DNA of 63,978 nt, filler included, from a bacterium (GTDB lineage Bacteria > UBA9089 > CG2-30-40-21 > SBAY01): assembly GCA_040757115.1 (NCBI GenBank). It is 7 parts of 7 records of this genome, joined end to end, with 100 filler letters (N's around TTAATTAATTAA, not from the genome) between each part and the next. Parts side by side here need not be neighbours in the genome. Positions count along the whole stretch, not along the records: positions 23,505 to 52,701 come from JBFLYA010000024.1; 6 more parts are not named here. One strand, 5' to 3'. Positions 30,636 through 41,363 of the stretch are shown here, piece after piece; position 1 is the stretch's first letter; every line of letters begins with the position of its first letter. The translations under genes were made by a program, and so were the position numbers. Under the pieces are notes generated by a model that was not told where the DNA came from, searched no databases, and saw only the letters and a program-made list of their open reading frames with translations.

Positions 30636-31049
30636 TTAATGTAAATTTCTTATCTTAGATAAATTAATAATACTCAAAACAATTCCAATTAAACCTATTA
30701 GAGATAGAATTAAAGAATCTGGCCAATATAGCCACTTCGTAAAAATACTTAGTGTAGTAACCGCTCCCCAATAGAATATTACCAGGAAGAAAAAAATTGT
30801 CCACAATAACAGTTGGAATATTAATAAAACTCTCCTTTGAGCATTACTACCTATAAATAACCCTAATGAGGAATAAAGAAATACAAAGCCGATTAGTAGA
30901 TTTTCTATTAACAAGAATTCACGATATATACCTGTTGATTTAATAAGATAAAATTGAAAAATGATGTGCATAATTCCTGTGACAAAATTCAAAATTACAA
31001 GAGATAATAATAACTTTGATAAACACCGAATTGAATTAATTTTGTTCAT
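30636..31049 (-). CDS. Small four-TM membrane protein
   Basis: Four hydrophobic segments; ATGA coupling with the upstream gene. Confidence 0.7.
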   Translation of the reverse strand: MNKINSIRCLSKLLLSLVILNFVTGIMHIIFQFYLIKSTGIYREFLLIENLLIGFVFLYSSLGLFIGSNAQRRVLLIFQLLLWTIFFFLVIFYWGAVTTLSIFTKWLYWPDSLILSLIGLIGIVLSIINLSKIRNLH

Positions 31050-34000
31050 TGCATCTTTAATGAGTTAGAGTTTTTCTTATTCTTAAAAGCCCATGCTTGT
31101 TCCATAAATGCTTCAAGCCTTGTCTTAATATTAGTCTGTTGCAACCCGTCATCAACGAATGTGAGCATAGGAATATTTTGATTGAAGATTCTTAGTCTAT
31201 TAAAACACACCGTTGCTAACTTCCCTAAGGCGCAATTAAATCCAAAGGCATTTACCAAACCATCAACTTGTCTTTTTTCAACAAAATCAACGCATTTGCC
31301 AACAAACATCGAAGGAATAACAGGTGCTACCTTTGGATTAACATATTTTTCTGCATTTATCGTTAACCATTTGTTATTCTGATCAGGAAACATCTCAGAA
31401 TACCTTGCTGATATTTTTTCAATCCGTTCTTTGTATAATTTTAAAGTAGCACTCACTATCCAAGCAAAGGCTGATGTGCCATATTTTCTCCTCTCCCATA
31501 ATGTTGTAACTAATCTATCTGCACCGTAACTTATAAAATCGTGCCATGAAGGTGGAAGAATGATAACACCTCCCATCGCTTCAATACCTGCAAATATTTC
31601 AGCCATTCCATAATCATGGACTCTTGTATACGCATCGCCAACAATACCAATACGGACCAGATCTCTATCTACAACTTCAACACTTTTTAAGTGATCCATT
31701 GCTTCACCAAAATGTTTTACTAACTGATCTTTTCGAATACCAAGAGCCAAAATATACTTTGCCTTTTCATATACTTCGTCCGTGTTTCCTTTTACTTTTT
31801 CATAAGGTCTGATTTGATATTTATATCGTGATAAATAGTCGTAACAGATAAAAGATTCCCACAATTCTAGAGCAACTTTCATTCCAAAATGCTTTCTCCA
31901 GTCCAAAGGATTGTCAACTACAGGTCCAAATACCCATATTCCGTCAAATCCTTGTTTTATCAGCATTCTTTTATAAAGATCTTTAAATAGCGAAAATCGA
32001 CAGGCTTCTTCATATCCGAATAACAAAAATGCCGCTTTTTCAGGATAGAAATCTTCATTAGCAGCAGTTGCAAGTAAATCACCCAATATAACCTGATAGG
32101 TGCGGCACTGTTTTTCATTTGAAAACTTACGGCCTATGGTGTTTGAATACAATGTTGTCTTAGGAATTATCTTACATTTAATACTGTGCTTTTCGAATAC
32201 TTCTTTGGCACCGATCATTGATTCACAAACCGGCAATATATATACTATCCTATCCTCTCTCTTAATATCCCTTATTGTGATATTGACTGACGAAGATTTA
32301 TCTATATTGAAAGTAGATTTCACCTTTTTATTCACATCCATACTTTCCCAGAATGCTTCACACCTTGTCAAAATACCCGTCAAAGAATTGTGTTCATCAA
32401 ATTCTATTTCTAACCACTGATTATCTTTCAATGCTTCAGTAACGTAGGGTGTTAACATTGAATCCGCAGGACATCCAAATGTCGTTGCCACAATAGGAAG
32501 TAACCTATTGTTATTGTGTTTATTATAGGTATGAATGAATTCGAGCACATTCATTGTTCTATTACTGGTCTTCCATATAAGATCGATATTTCTAACATTA
32601 GAGTTAGATTCTTCTAAAGGCAAAATATCTCCTGGAATCATTGGCATTTCCAACCCCGCTAATCGTGAAACCAAATTCAAATTGAAGAACTTGTCATGGA
32701 TTATGTAAGGATGACCAATAAGTACAAAAAGTTTCTCAACAGATTTTGCATAATCCAAAGATTCTCTTCCAATATCTTTACACTTTGCAATAAACTCCCT
32801 TTGTGCAGCTATAGCTTTTTTGATAGCGATGAGCGTATCTTTCTCTGAAATATCCAATCTCATTCCTAACTCCACAAAGGCCTTCTCAATATTATTGATC
32901 TCCTCCTTCATTTTAATGGTATGAGTAAGTATATCAATATCCATTGATGCTTTTATAAAATCAGGTACTTGTTGCACATATTGGCAATTATGTGCAAATT
33001 TAGTTTTATAGCCTTCATCCGCCATGTTTAAAATGTACGGTAAGAATATTCTTTGTATTCCTCGCTCATACAAGTCAACAATGGCACCATAGACGGCTTT
33101 TATAGGATAGCAAGTATCAATCAAAATATTCGATAACCCTTTTTCATATATCTGTTTTGAATACTCATTTGAAATTTCTATATTATAACCAATTGCATTA
33201 AAAAATGTAGCCCACATAGGAAAGAGTTCGTAAAATAACAATATGCGAGGAATTCCAATAACTTCTTTTCCTTCGATTTTGTCACCTTTATACGATAACA
33301 GAATTTCATTTCTCTTTTTGAAATAGTCTGGATATCTTTTTGATATTGCAATCTTTTCTTTATCAAATTTACCACAAATGCTCCCATGAACTGACTCTTG
33401 GCCATCATTATACTTGAAACGAGTTAACATACAGAGATTTGCACATCCCTTACATTGCCTCCTCTCACTATTTACCAGTCGGTTTTTAAGCTCAAACCCA
33501 ACAAAAGAAGACCTATCTCTTATTTCTTTGGATGTAATGTAGGCAATCCCCAATGCTCCTGATATTTCATGGTGAGGTGGAATTATAATTTCTTTCTTCA
33601 AAATCTGCCCAAATGCTGCCGCAACACTTTTATTAAATGCTACACCACCCTGGAAGACTACTTTGTCTCCAATCGGTCGATTTCCAACCACTTTTTCAAG
33701 GTAATTCTTCGCAATTGAATAACTCAAACCAGCCACTATATCCTGTTTAGGTGTATTATTCTGCTGATAATGAATACAATCGGATTCCATGAAAACCGTG
33801 CATCTATTTCCCATATCAACTGGATTATTCGCTGCGATTGCTAAGTCAGAATATTCTTGATTCAAATCTATCTGAAGCCGATCTGCCTGTTCTGATAAGA
33901 AGGACCCTGTGCCGGCTGCACAGGTTTTATTCATCACAAAATCTACTATAGTACCCTTATTTATCCTGATATACTTTGAATCCTGTCCCCCTATTTCTAT

Positions 34001-35275
34001 GATGGTATCAACATCCTGAACCATTATAACTGTTGCAGTAGCCTGTGCAGTTATTTCATTCTTAACAATATCAGCACCAATAAAGTTAGCAATGAAACTT
34101 CTGCCTGAACCAGTAACCCCTACTCCTTTAACTTTAACATTTCCATTACAATATTCACGGAAATCATTTAAACATATTTTCACCGCCTCAAGCGGTTTTC
34201 CATGTGTAGAGGTATAATGTTTATATATTAAGTTCTTATCTTCATCTATAACAGCAATTTTTGTACTCACCGATCCCACATCGATTCCGATATATACCTC
34301 ATTTACAGAGCAGTTATTATATTTGCTTAGTCGGTTAACTTTTGAATCTACTTGCTTTACATACTTAAACGACAAACGTGGTAAACTTAATTTTTCCCTT
34401 TTTACTTCTGCAATGCTACACAATTTTTCCCGCAGACTTTCTTTTGTTAGTCTCCTCGCGATAATGCCTTTTTTAATTACATACAATGCACATCCAATTG
34501 CCCCCATTATATCAAAGTTGGGAGGAACAATAATGTCGCCCTTATTTAAATTAAGTACTTCGGTAAATGCCTTTTTCATTCCAATATTTGCTGCAACACC
34601 ACCTTGAAATAAAATAGGTGGTTTCAATTTTCTGCCTTTAATAAAGATCTCCAGATATGTTCTTGCCAGCGCATAACATAGTCCTGCTGATAAATCATTA
34701 ATAGGAACACCTTCTTGCTGGAGATGAATCATATCTGTTTTTGCAAATACACTACACCTTCCCGCAATTTTTGCTGGATTTACTGACCTGTATGCTCCCT
34801 CTGATAATTCTTCAATAGATATTCCCATCCTGAATGCTTGTTGCTCCAGAAATGAACCCGTACCAGCGGCACATATATCATTCATAGCACTATCGACAAT
34901 GATTGTCTCCCCTTTAGTATTTTTATCCAAAAAGATCAATTTTGAATCTTGACCACCAATTTCAATAATACTTTTAGCGTCGGGATAGAAAAAAGCTCCT
35001 GCTAAACCATGTGCTGTTATTTCGTTAATTGATTCACTATCTACAATTCCAACTATTAGTTGTCTTGCACTACCAGTGACTGTGATGCCTTCAAATTCTT
35101 CTATATCTACTTCAGAAAATAACCTATCCATACTACGCTTGAGTACATTTAATGGATCACCATGCGTCCTCTGGTAATTACGCCAAATGAGGCGCTTAGT
35201 ATCATCTAATATAGCAAGGTTTAAACTTATTGCCCCACAGTCTATTCCTAAATAATATTTGGGGTTATTTATCAC
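31046..35275 (-). CDS. 2-hydroxyacyl-CoA dehydratase activator fusion (two BadF/BcrAD-type ATPase domains + DUF2229 + dehydratase-like C-terminus)
   Basis: Twice GIDxGxxS, TGS, NEITA, EIGGQDSK, CAAGTGSFL, RCxVF; then GIPR..CYPIK, FGCPADS, DEH, TRLEAF. Confidence 0.88.
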   Translation of the reverse strand: MINNPKYYLGIDCGAISLNLAILDDTKRLIWRNYQRTHGDPLNVLKRSMDRLFSEVDIEEFEGITVTGSARQLIVGIVDSESINEITAHGLAGAFFYPDAKSIIEIGGQDSKLIFLDKNTKGETIIVDSAMNDICAAGTGSFLEQQAFRMGISIEELSEGAYRSVNPAKIAGRCSVFAKTDMIHLQQEGVPINDLSAGLCYALARTYLEIFIKGRKLKPPILFQGGVAANIGMKKAFTEVLNLNKGDIIVPPNFDIMGAIGCALYVIKKGIIARRLTKESLREKLCSIAEVKREKLSLPRLSFKYVKQVDSKVNRLSKYNNCSVNEVYIGIDVGSVSTKIAVIDEDKNLIYKHYTSTHGKPLEAVKICLNDFREYCNGNVKVKGVGVTGSGRSFIANFIGADIVKNEITAQATATVIMVQDVDTIIEIGGQDSKYIRINKGTIVDFVMNKTCAAGTGSFLSEQADRLQIDLNQEYSDLAIAANNPVDMGNRCTVFMESDCIHYQQNNTPKQDIVAGLSYSIAKNYLEKVVGNRPIGDKVVFQGGVAFNKSVAAAFGQILKKEIIIPPHHEISGALGIAYITSKEIRDRSSFVGFELKNRLVNSERRQCKGCANLCMLTRFKYNDGQESVHGSICGKFDKEKIAISKRYPDYFKKRNEILLSYKGDKIEGKEVIGIPRILLFYELFPMWATFFNAIGYNIEISNEYSKQIYEKGLSNILIDTCYPIKAVYGAIVDLYERGIQRIFLPYILNMADEGYKTKFAHNCQYVQQVPDFIKASMDIDILTHTIKMKEEINNIEKAFVELGMRLDISEKDTLIAIKKAIAAQREFIAKCKDIGRESLDYAKSVEKLFVLIGHPYIIHDKFFNLNLVSRLAGLEMPMIPGDILPLEESNSNVRNIDLIWKTSNRTMNVLEFIHTYNKHNNNRLLPIVATTFGCPADSMLTPYVTEALKDNQWLEIEFDEHNSLTGILTRCEAFWESMDVNKKVKSTFNIDKSSSVNITIRDIKREDRIVYILPVCESMIGAKEVFEKHSIKCKIIPKTTLYSNTIGRKFSNEKQCRTYQVILGDLLATAANEDFYPEKAAFLLFGYEEACRFSLFKDLYKRMLIKQGFDGIWVFGPVVDNPLDWRKHFGMKVALELWESFICYDYLSRYKYQIRPYEKVKGNTDEVYEKAKYILALGIRKDQLVKHFGEAMDHLKSVEVVDRDLVRIGIVGDAYTRVHDYGMAEIFAGIEAMGGVIILPPSWHDFISYGADRLVTTLWERRKYGTSAFAWIVSATLKLYKERIEKISARYSEMFPDQNNKWLTINAEKYVNPKVAPVIPSMFVGKCVDFVEKRQVDGLVNAFGFNCALGKLATVCFNRLRIFNQNIPMLTFVDDGLQQTNIKTRLEAFMEQAWAFKNKKNSNSLKMQ

Positions 35276-35411
35276 TTTCCCTCATCCTTTGCACTAATAT
35301 CATGCTCGCAGGAAAAATAAAGAAATCTCCCCTAAGAGCACAGAATGGAATCTGTTCTTCCACCCACTTACATCTTCCATCCTATTTAAAAATAATAAAA
35401 TTTCAAATACA

Positions 35412-36299
35412 TTATTCTCCAATTCTTTTCAGCATCTCTTTTGCAACCTCTTTGTACTTTTTTGTTTCAGGAATCCATCTTAAATCTGGGATTATACTTA
35501 TTAATTCTTTAAGGCTCTTTATAGCTAAATTTTTATCCTTTAAGGCTAAATAAGTGTCGGCAAGATAGATATAAGTCCAGGGTGCAGTCGGGCATATCTC
35601 TTTTGCTTTCAAAAGATACTCCAAACTCCTCTTTTTAGAACCGCCAGCAAATTCTGGCAGTTTGTACTCCATTCTCCCTAAAACTCTATAAGCACCTCCT
35701 CCTTCTACAGTTGGATCTATTGCTAAAGATTTATTAAGTGCCTCTCTTATGTCATCAACTAAAAAAAGACTTTGCAAAATGCCTTTGGTTTCGCCATAAA
35801 GTCCATACATAACACCTAACCAAAAATATCCCTCTGCTCGATCAGAAGCAATTTCAACTGCCCTTTTCGCTATTTCAATTCCTTTCTTATACATAAATAT
35901 TTTCTCATCTCTTTTCTTCGGAGGAGAAAAATCGCCGAGATACCAAATATTTCTTGCTAATTTCCAATGGGAATCAAAGTTTTTTGGAATAATCTTTGTA
36001 ATCTCTTCATATTTAAGATATGATTCTTCAGCATTAGAGAGAGCATTCCTTTGGGAGTATAATTCATCAGCCCGCATCATCAAATTCTCAATATTATGAG
36101 AATCAGCAAAGGCCTTCCCTATGACTATAAGTAAGAAAGTCACTGCAAATCCTACTCTTTTTACCCTTAAAATTATATTTAATTTTACCAGATACATAAT
36201 ATACCTAATCATTTTACTCTGTTGTGTCTTCCTTTCCACAACCTTATTAGATAAATTAGATAAATTTTTTCCTCTTCCTTCTTTTCTTTCTTTCCACAT
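35412..36299 (-). CDS. Exported TPR protein (TatT-like)
   Basis: Hydrophobic leader, EGYFWLG, GGAYRVLGR..LP.FAGGS. True start probably downstream of 36299. Confidence 0.65.
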   Translation of the reverse strand: MWKERKEGRGKNLSNLSNKVVERKTQQSKMIRYIMYLVKLNIILRVKRVGFAVTFLLIVIGKAFADSHNIENLMMRADELYSQRNALSNAEESYLKYEEITKIIPKNFDSHWKLARNIWYLGDFSPPKKRDEKIFMYKKGIEIAKRAVEIASDRAEGYFWLGVMYGLYGETKGILQSLFLVDDIREALNKSLAIDPTVEGGGAYRVLGRMEYKLPEFAGGSKKRSLEYLLKAKEICPTAPWTYIYLADTYLALKDKNLAIKSLKELISIIPDLRWIPETKKYKEVAKEMLKRIGE

Positions 36300-36308
36300 C
36301 TTTTCCTT

Positions 36309-37643
36309 TCATTGGAATTCAGAAAATATTAATCCTGCATTATGACCGCCAAAAGCGAAAGAATGTGAAAGAGCTACTTTAATAGGATAAAACTTAACTT
36401 CTTGCACAAAATTAAGATCTCTAAGAGGATATTCAAGGTTTCGACAAATATGTGTCTTTTTGTGGAACACACTTAAAGCACTTACCACGGCTTCAATTGC
36501 TCCACTGGCGCCGATAGAATGGCCAATAAGAGATTTTGTAGAATTCACAAGGGGCTTTTTCTTAAATAAATGATCTATTACACGCGATTCAACTTCATCA
36601 TTTAACTGAGTACCTGTTCCATGGGCATTAATATAATCAATATCTTTGGGTTGAAGACCAGCATACGAAAGCATGTTGCGAATCATCCGACAAATTTCTT
36701 GTCCATTAGGCTCTATCATTAAAATACTGTAGGCATCAAATGTTTCCGCATAAGATAATATTTCTGCATATATTCTCGCATTATCTCCCATTCGTCTAAG
36801 TGCTATTCTCTCTTCTTCTAAGATTAATATAGCACATCCCCCTTCACTAAAAAGAAAACCAGAACGATAACAATCAAAAGGACGATTAATTTTATCAGGC
36901 ACTATATCTCCGTGCACTAAAGTATGCGCAACATCAAATCCGCGAAAAACACCACCATATGTATCTCCCATATATTCTACGCCGCCAGCCACAGCAATAT
37001 CAACCTCACCTGATTTTATCGCCTGATAAGCATGGCCTATAGCTACTGTTCCTGAAGCACAGGCCATTGAATATACACGATTTGGTCCCTTTAAACTGTA
37101 CCGTAATCCGATTCGGGCAGCACAGGCATTAGCCATGCCCATAGAAATAGCAAATGGATTGAAGCGTGCAGGAGCGGTTTCGAGATATTTCTGAATATTC
37201 TCATTCACCGCTTTCTTTAAAGGCTGGTATAATAAATAGGCTGTATTCTGAATTATAGACTTAATCCCGCCAATACCAGTACCTAAAAATACACCTACGC
37301 TGTCGGGCATGTTTTTAATCTGAAACACTCTTTTCCTTTCATTGGAAAAAGAGACAGAAAACCCTGCATCTTCCAATGCTTGATGGCAGGCAACCAGTGA
37401 AAGTTTTTGGGAAGTATCAAGTTGCATCTCATCAATCTTATTGATTTGATAATTCTCCCAACATATTTTTGGCAAAGGAGACCAAAATTGTGAATTTGTT
37501 ATCCCATATTCTCGCCACATTTCAGGTATTTCACAAATTACACTTTTCCCCTCAAGGCATTTCTCCCAAAAATCATTTACACCCCATCCTATGGAAGTAA
37601 CAATTCCTATGCCAGTAATCACCACTTTCCTCTTGCTACTCAT
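36309..37643 (-). CDS. fabF: Beta-ketoacyl-ACP synthase II-like
   Basis: VVITGIG, ACASG (Cys), NAHGTGT and GHSIGASG (His-His), SFAFGGHN. Confidence 0.9.
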   Translation of the reverse strand: MSSKRKVVITGIGIVTSIGWGVNDFWEKCLEGKSVICEIPEMWREYGITNSQFWSPLPKICWENYQINKIDEMQLDTSQKLSLVACHQALEDAGFSVSFSNERKRVFQIKNMPDSVGVFLGTGIGGIKSIIQNTAYLLYQPLKKAVNENIQKYLETAPARFNPFAISMGMANACAARIGLRYSLKGPNRVYSMACASGTVAIGHAYQAIKSGEVDIAVAGGVEYMGDTYGGVFRGFDVAHTLVHGDIVPDKINRPFDCYRSGFLFSEGGCAILILEEERIALRRMGDNARIYAEILSYAETFDAYSILMIEPNGQEICRMIRNMLSYAGLQPKDIDYINAHGTGTQLNDEVESRVIDHLFKKKPLVNSTKSLIGHSIGASGAIEAVVSALSVFHKKTHICRNLEYPLRDLNFVQEVKFYPIKVALSHSFAFGGHNAGLIFSEFQ

Positions 37644-37903
37644 AATTCATCCCTCAGAATATTTGTCTTGATATAGTGGAAAGTATCACCAATTGTTTTG
37701 AGTTTACGAAATTCATTTTCTGAAATAGTACACTTACATTCTGTTTCAAAACCTACCAGTAATGTAATCATTTCAACCGAATCGACTCCCAGATCATTTT
37801 GATAATGCGTTTCAAAAGTTAGGTTTTCTGTTTTAACATTTAACACATCTGATACGATTTTTTTTATTTTAGCAATTATTTCCTCATCATTAAGCATTTT
37901 CAT
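37640..37903 (-). CDS. Acyl carrier protein
   Basis: DLGVDSVE phosphopantetheine site; start at ATG 37903 or 37897 after AAGGA. Confidence 0.88.
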   Translation of the reverse strand: MKMLNDEEIIAKIKKIVSDVLNVKTENLTFETHYQNDLGVDSVEMITLLVGFETECKCTISENEFRKLKTIGDTFHYIKTNILRDEL

Positions 37904-38145
37904 GCTTCCTTTGAAAATAGGAATTGGTTCTTCTCTCCCTAAAAGGTTTGAATTCTTGTTTCTCTTAAAATATTTTGAGATTCTTGAGATTTTGTGCAGA
38001 CTCATTGAGATTTATTCTAACAATCAATCTCCATACGTCTCTATCAATCTTAATTTAGATATGAACCTAATGCGCTAACAAAAACAACAATACCAAGAGA
38101 GCAAAACCTCTCACAATAACCTTTCTCATAATGTATCCTGTTTTT

Positions 38146-39093
38146 TTAATAGCCATTTAAAGTCCTTTTTAAACCCTCTTCAATAGAAACTTCTGCCCTC
38201 CATCCAAGATCATTTGAAAATCTCGTCCTGGGAAAATCTGCATTAATAGAAACTATATCAATTGCACGCTTTGAAAGAAAGGGAGATTGTTTATTTCCAA
38301 AAAGATAATAAATCGCCTCAACAATAATTGCAAGTCCCATAAGAGGAATCTTTGGAAGTATCAAGGACGGTAATCTGTAACCTGCGTTTGTAGCAAGCAG
38401 ACGGATAAAATCATGTATTCCTATCTCTCCTTCCTGAATTCCCAAATAGTGTTTTCCTACTGATCTTTCGTCGGTTGCAACCTTCATAAATAATCGGCAA
38501 AGGTCATCTATATAAATCAACGGTGCCGATTTCTCTCCACCTCGTACTAAAAATACCCTATTCTTTCCTAAATAGTGTATAAGAGTAGGCAAAAACTGTT
38601 TATCACCAGGACCATATATCAATCCCGGATAGACAAAGGTTACCTGTAATCCATATCTCTCAATATATTTTTGCACTATTCGATCTGCTGCCCATTTACT
38701 CAGCGCATAATCTGTTGCAAGAAACTTATACCTGGGGTTTACACGAAGTGCGGCAATTGAAGAACAATGCACAAGACGGCACCAAGGAGCATATTGTATA
38801 ATAGTTTGACATATGTTCTCCGTACCATCAACATTAACCTGGCGGAAGCTCTGATGGGAACCATTGTGTACATGGGCGGCAAGATGTACACATACACCAG
38901 CATTTTGCATAAGAGACGATAATACTTCTTTATTACGAATATCTCCATACACAATCTCTGCTCCATTTTTAATAAGGTCCGTAGCCTTCTGAGGTGTATG
39001 TACCAGACAAATAATCTTATTTCCTTCCCGAATAGCCCATTGCGCAAACCGTTTGCCCAGAAATCCTGTTGCTCCTGTTATAGCAATATTCAT
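38146..39093 (-). CDS. NAD-dependent epimerase/dehydratase (extended SDR)
   Basis: TGATGFLG, HLAA, YALSK, IYGPGD. Confidence 0.9.
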   Translation of the reverse strand: MNIAITGATGFLGKRFAQWAIREGNKIICLVHTPQKATDLIKNGAEIVYGDIRNKEVLSSLMQNAGVCVHLAAHVHNGSHQSFRQVNVDGTENICQTIIQYAPWCRLVHCSSIAALRVNPRYKFLATDYALSKWAADRIVQKYIERYGLQVTFVYPGLIYGPGDKQFLPTLIHYLGKNRVFLVRGGEKSAPLIYIDDLCRLFMKVATDERSVGKHYLGIQEGEIGIHDFIRLLATNAGYRLPSLILPKIPLMGLAIIVEAIYYLFGNKQSPFLSKRAIDIVSINADFPRTRFSNDLGWRAEVSIEEGLKRTLNGY

Positions 39094-40160
39094 AACTGTA
39101 TTTCCCTTCCGTCTTTCTGATACTTCCCACGGATAATACCAGTAAGTAACCGTGCATAATATACCGTTTTACCGTACAGTCCTATTGTACACTTTCTATA
39201 CCAGTAAGATTGTCTAATTTGTTCCCAATATGCTTTGGGCAATCCTTGTTTTAAATACGCCATAATAGGTTTTTCAGCTTTATTTGGAATCGGAGAACGT
39301 ACTATTAACACCTTTCGGAATACATTTTTATAATACTTCTCGTACCGCAATAATTCTTTTAAACTTGTAATTGTTTTCACTTTCAAACCGCGATTCTCAA
39401 GTACATCAAATAGGGAAACCAACGATTTATTGGTGGATCCTGGTGTGGTAATTACCAGTGCTTCATCTATTTCTTTCACCAGAGATTGATCAAGTTCTTC
39501 AATTTCTCTTATGGGGCTGGACGAACTCTTAACCCACATACAATAAGTTTCTTTCATCCTATGTTCACGATAGGGGAATATCGTCTTAATATAGTCAAAT
39601 ATTTTCAGTGCGTGCACAGGAAGAAATGTAACATACGGTATTAAGTACATTGGTTTTCCACAGGACTGTTCCGCAATACGTTCCCGGTAATTAGCCATTT
39701 GCACAAGAATCATATCCTTTGGAAACAATGAAGCATAATTTTTAATGAGAAGATGATTGGACTCACATAAGAATACATATTGATACTTCTCGTCGGCTGA
39801 CTCAAAAATCCTGCGAACAGCACGAATAAAAGGACATGGAAGATCAATGATTTCAATACCGCGCTCCCGTAATTGTTTTTCTTCATGGACGATGGAATCA
39901 TAGCCAGTGTTCACAACTATATAATCCATACCTTCCGATAGGTCCTGTAGAGTATCTACGACAGGAACACCCAAACTTTTGAGCCATTGCAGGTCAACAC
40001 CAACTCTGCCACCATCGTTCGTCAACCAATCGCGAATCACATATATTTTCTTCCCAAAGGGATCCCATGATTTTTTGAGCAAAGTAGGCATGTAGCCTTT
40101 AAGTATCTTATTTTCCAGCCATTTACAACGTCCATCATGTTTCAGAAAGACATATTCCAT
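39090..40160 (-). CDS. Diverged IspH/LytB-fold putative [4Fe-4S] protein
   Basis: Three spaced Cys in IspH-like contexts (GRCKW, IIDLPCPFI, ETYC) plus GSTN; start at ATG 40160 with GAGGA SD. Confidence 0.6.
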   Translation of the reverse strand: MEYVFLKHDGRCKWLENKILKGYMPTLLKKSWDPFGKKIYVIRDWLTNDGGRVGVDLQWLKSLGVPVVDTLQDLSEGMDYIVVNTGYDSIVHEEKQLRERGIEIIDLPCPFIRAVRRIFESADEKYQYVFLCESNHLLIKNYASLFPKDMILVQMANYRERIAEQSCGKPMYLIPYVTFLPVHALKIFDYIKTIFPYREHRMKETYCMWVKSSSSPIREIEELDQSLVKEIDEALVITTPGSTNKSLVSLFDVLENRGLKVKTITSLKELLRYEKYYKNVFRKVLIVRSPIPNKAEKPIMAYLKQGLPKAYWEQIRQSYWYRKCTIGLYGKTVYYARLLTGIIRGKYQKDGREIQL

Positions 40161-40926
40161 AGGAGTATCCTCGAACAAAATTTCTGTAGGCCACCAATGC
40201 CTGTCGCCCCTCAAACGACTCCAGCATCTCAGCCGGATAACCAAATCCTTTGCAGGTAACTTTGCTACCTAAAGTCCTCATCTGATAAGACTCAATTAAT
40301 GCTGAAGCATTGAATATCGTTCCACGTTTATTCACCATTACTTCCTGCAGAGTAAGAATGATATCAACATGAAGCGGGAATAAAAATGAATGAAATGATA
40401 CATTCATTTCATTGAGCACAAAGCGATACTTGCTACAGTGATGATTATTTGTATCCTTTAAATATTTCTTTTCCAAAAAGATTTCACTAACTGCTGTATA
40501 CATCTGCCGGCTAGCTTCAATCAAAATGGTTCCTTGAATATGAACTCCAGTAATATGGTCAGATAAATCTTCACAACCTCCATCTATAACTAATGAAGAC
40601 TGAAATACTCCATTTTTTGTTTCTACTGGAAAAGTGATAAGTACATTATTAGGCTTTGTCTTATGAACCAGGTGGTGAGAAATACGATGAGAAAAATTTT
40701 CTTCTATAAAAATATCTTTTGATTGAAAAATACCGTCTATCTTCTCACGAAGGTAGTCCAATATTTCTTTATCACACCCTTGTCCGATAATAAAACGCTT
40801 TGCAGGAATAACTCCTCTCTCAATCTCCTTCAATAATTGAGAGCACGTAACGACACCTTCCCACCTGCAAAAATTATTATATCGGTCACCCACAATAAAA
40901 TAGACTTTCTCTTGTTGCATAGACAT
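40135..40926 (-). CDS. AfsA/ScbA-related hotdog-domain protein (butyrolactone/butenolide synthase-like)
   Basis: HLVHK..NVLIT, DHITGVHIQGTILIEASRQ match the AfsA LVH..DH.PGM.L.EAARQ signature. Confidence 0.8.
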   Translation of the reverse strand: MSMQQEKVYFIVGDRYNNFCRWEGVVTCSQLLKEIERGVIPAKRFIIGQGCDKEILDYLREKIDGIFQSKDIFIEENFSHRISHHLVHKTKPNNVLITFPVETKNGVFQSSLVIDGGCEDLSDHITGVHIQGTILIEASRQMYTAVSEIFLEKKYLKDTNNHHCSKYRFVLNEMNVSFHSFLFPLHVDIILTLQEVMVNKRGTIFNASALIESYQMRTLGSKVTCKGFGYPAEMLESFEGRQALVAYRNFVRGYSYGICLSET

Positions 40927-41315
40927 CTCCTCTAACCTTTTTCTCTTTCTTTATCTTTCCTTTCTTGATCATTTATCATTTCTTTGATTTATTTCTTCTA
41001 ATACTTCCTTCCCTCTATCAAGCATAGATTCTAATACTCTTCAGTCCCTTTTCTTTCTATGTTCTCTGAACTGCAAAGCACATAGTTACACTTTCTCCCC
41101 CCTGATTTTTCTGAGATCTCTCAATAATTCAGAATTTAGATTTAACCGCAGTTTGCGTCTAAATATTTTACTATCTTCCCTCCATTTTTTACCCATAATT
41201 TCACAATCTGGAAGCATTATTCCTTTTATCGAAACAATACGCAAGTATAACAGTATGAATAGTTTTTTCACTACGATACATCCTAATTGATTTATTGATA
41301 AATCTCTACTATTTA

Positions 41316-41344
41316 ATTCTACTACAATATTTCTCATCTGTCAA
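41316..41344 (-). promoter_or_regulatory. Promoter for the afsA operon, TTGACA-N17-TAGAAT
   Basis: Perfect -35 abutting the lux box. Confidence 0.75.
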
Positions 41345-41363
41345 CCTGTAAATTTTTACAGGT
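41344..41363. promoter_or_regulatory. lux box ACCTGTAAATTTTTACAGGT
   Basis: 15 of 20 identical to the Vibrio fischeri lux box ACCTGTAGGATCGTACAGGT; within a 13-bp perfect inverted repeat (41340-41367) upstream of luxI. Confidence 0.88.

Noticed and set aside
41086-41337. 83-aa ORF upstream of afsA
   Set aside because: It starts inside the predicted promoter spacer and has no recognisable motif; more likely leader sequence.
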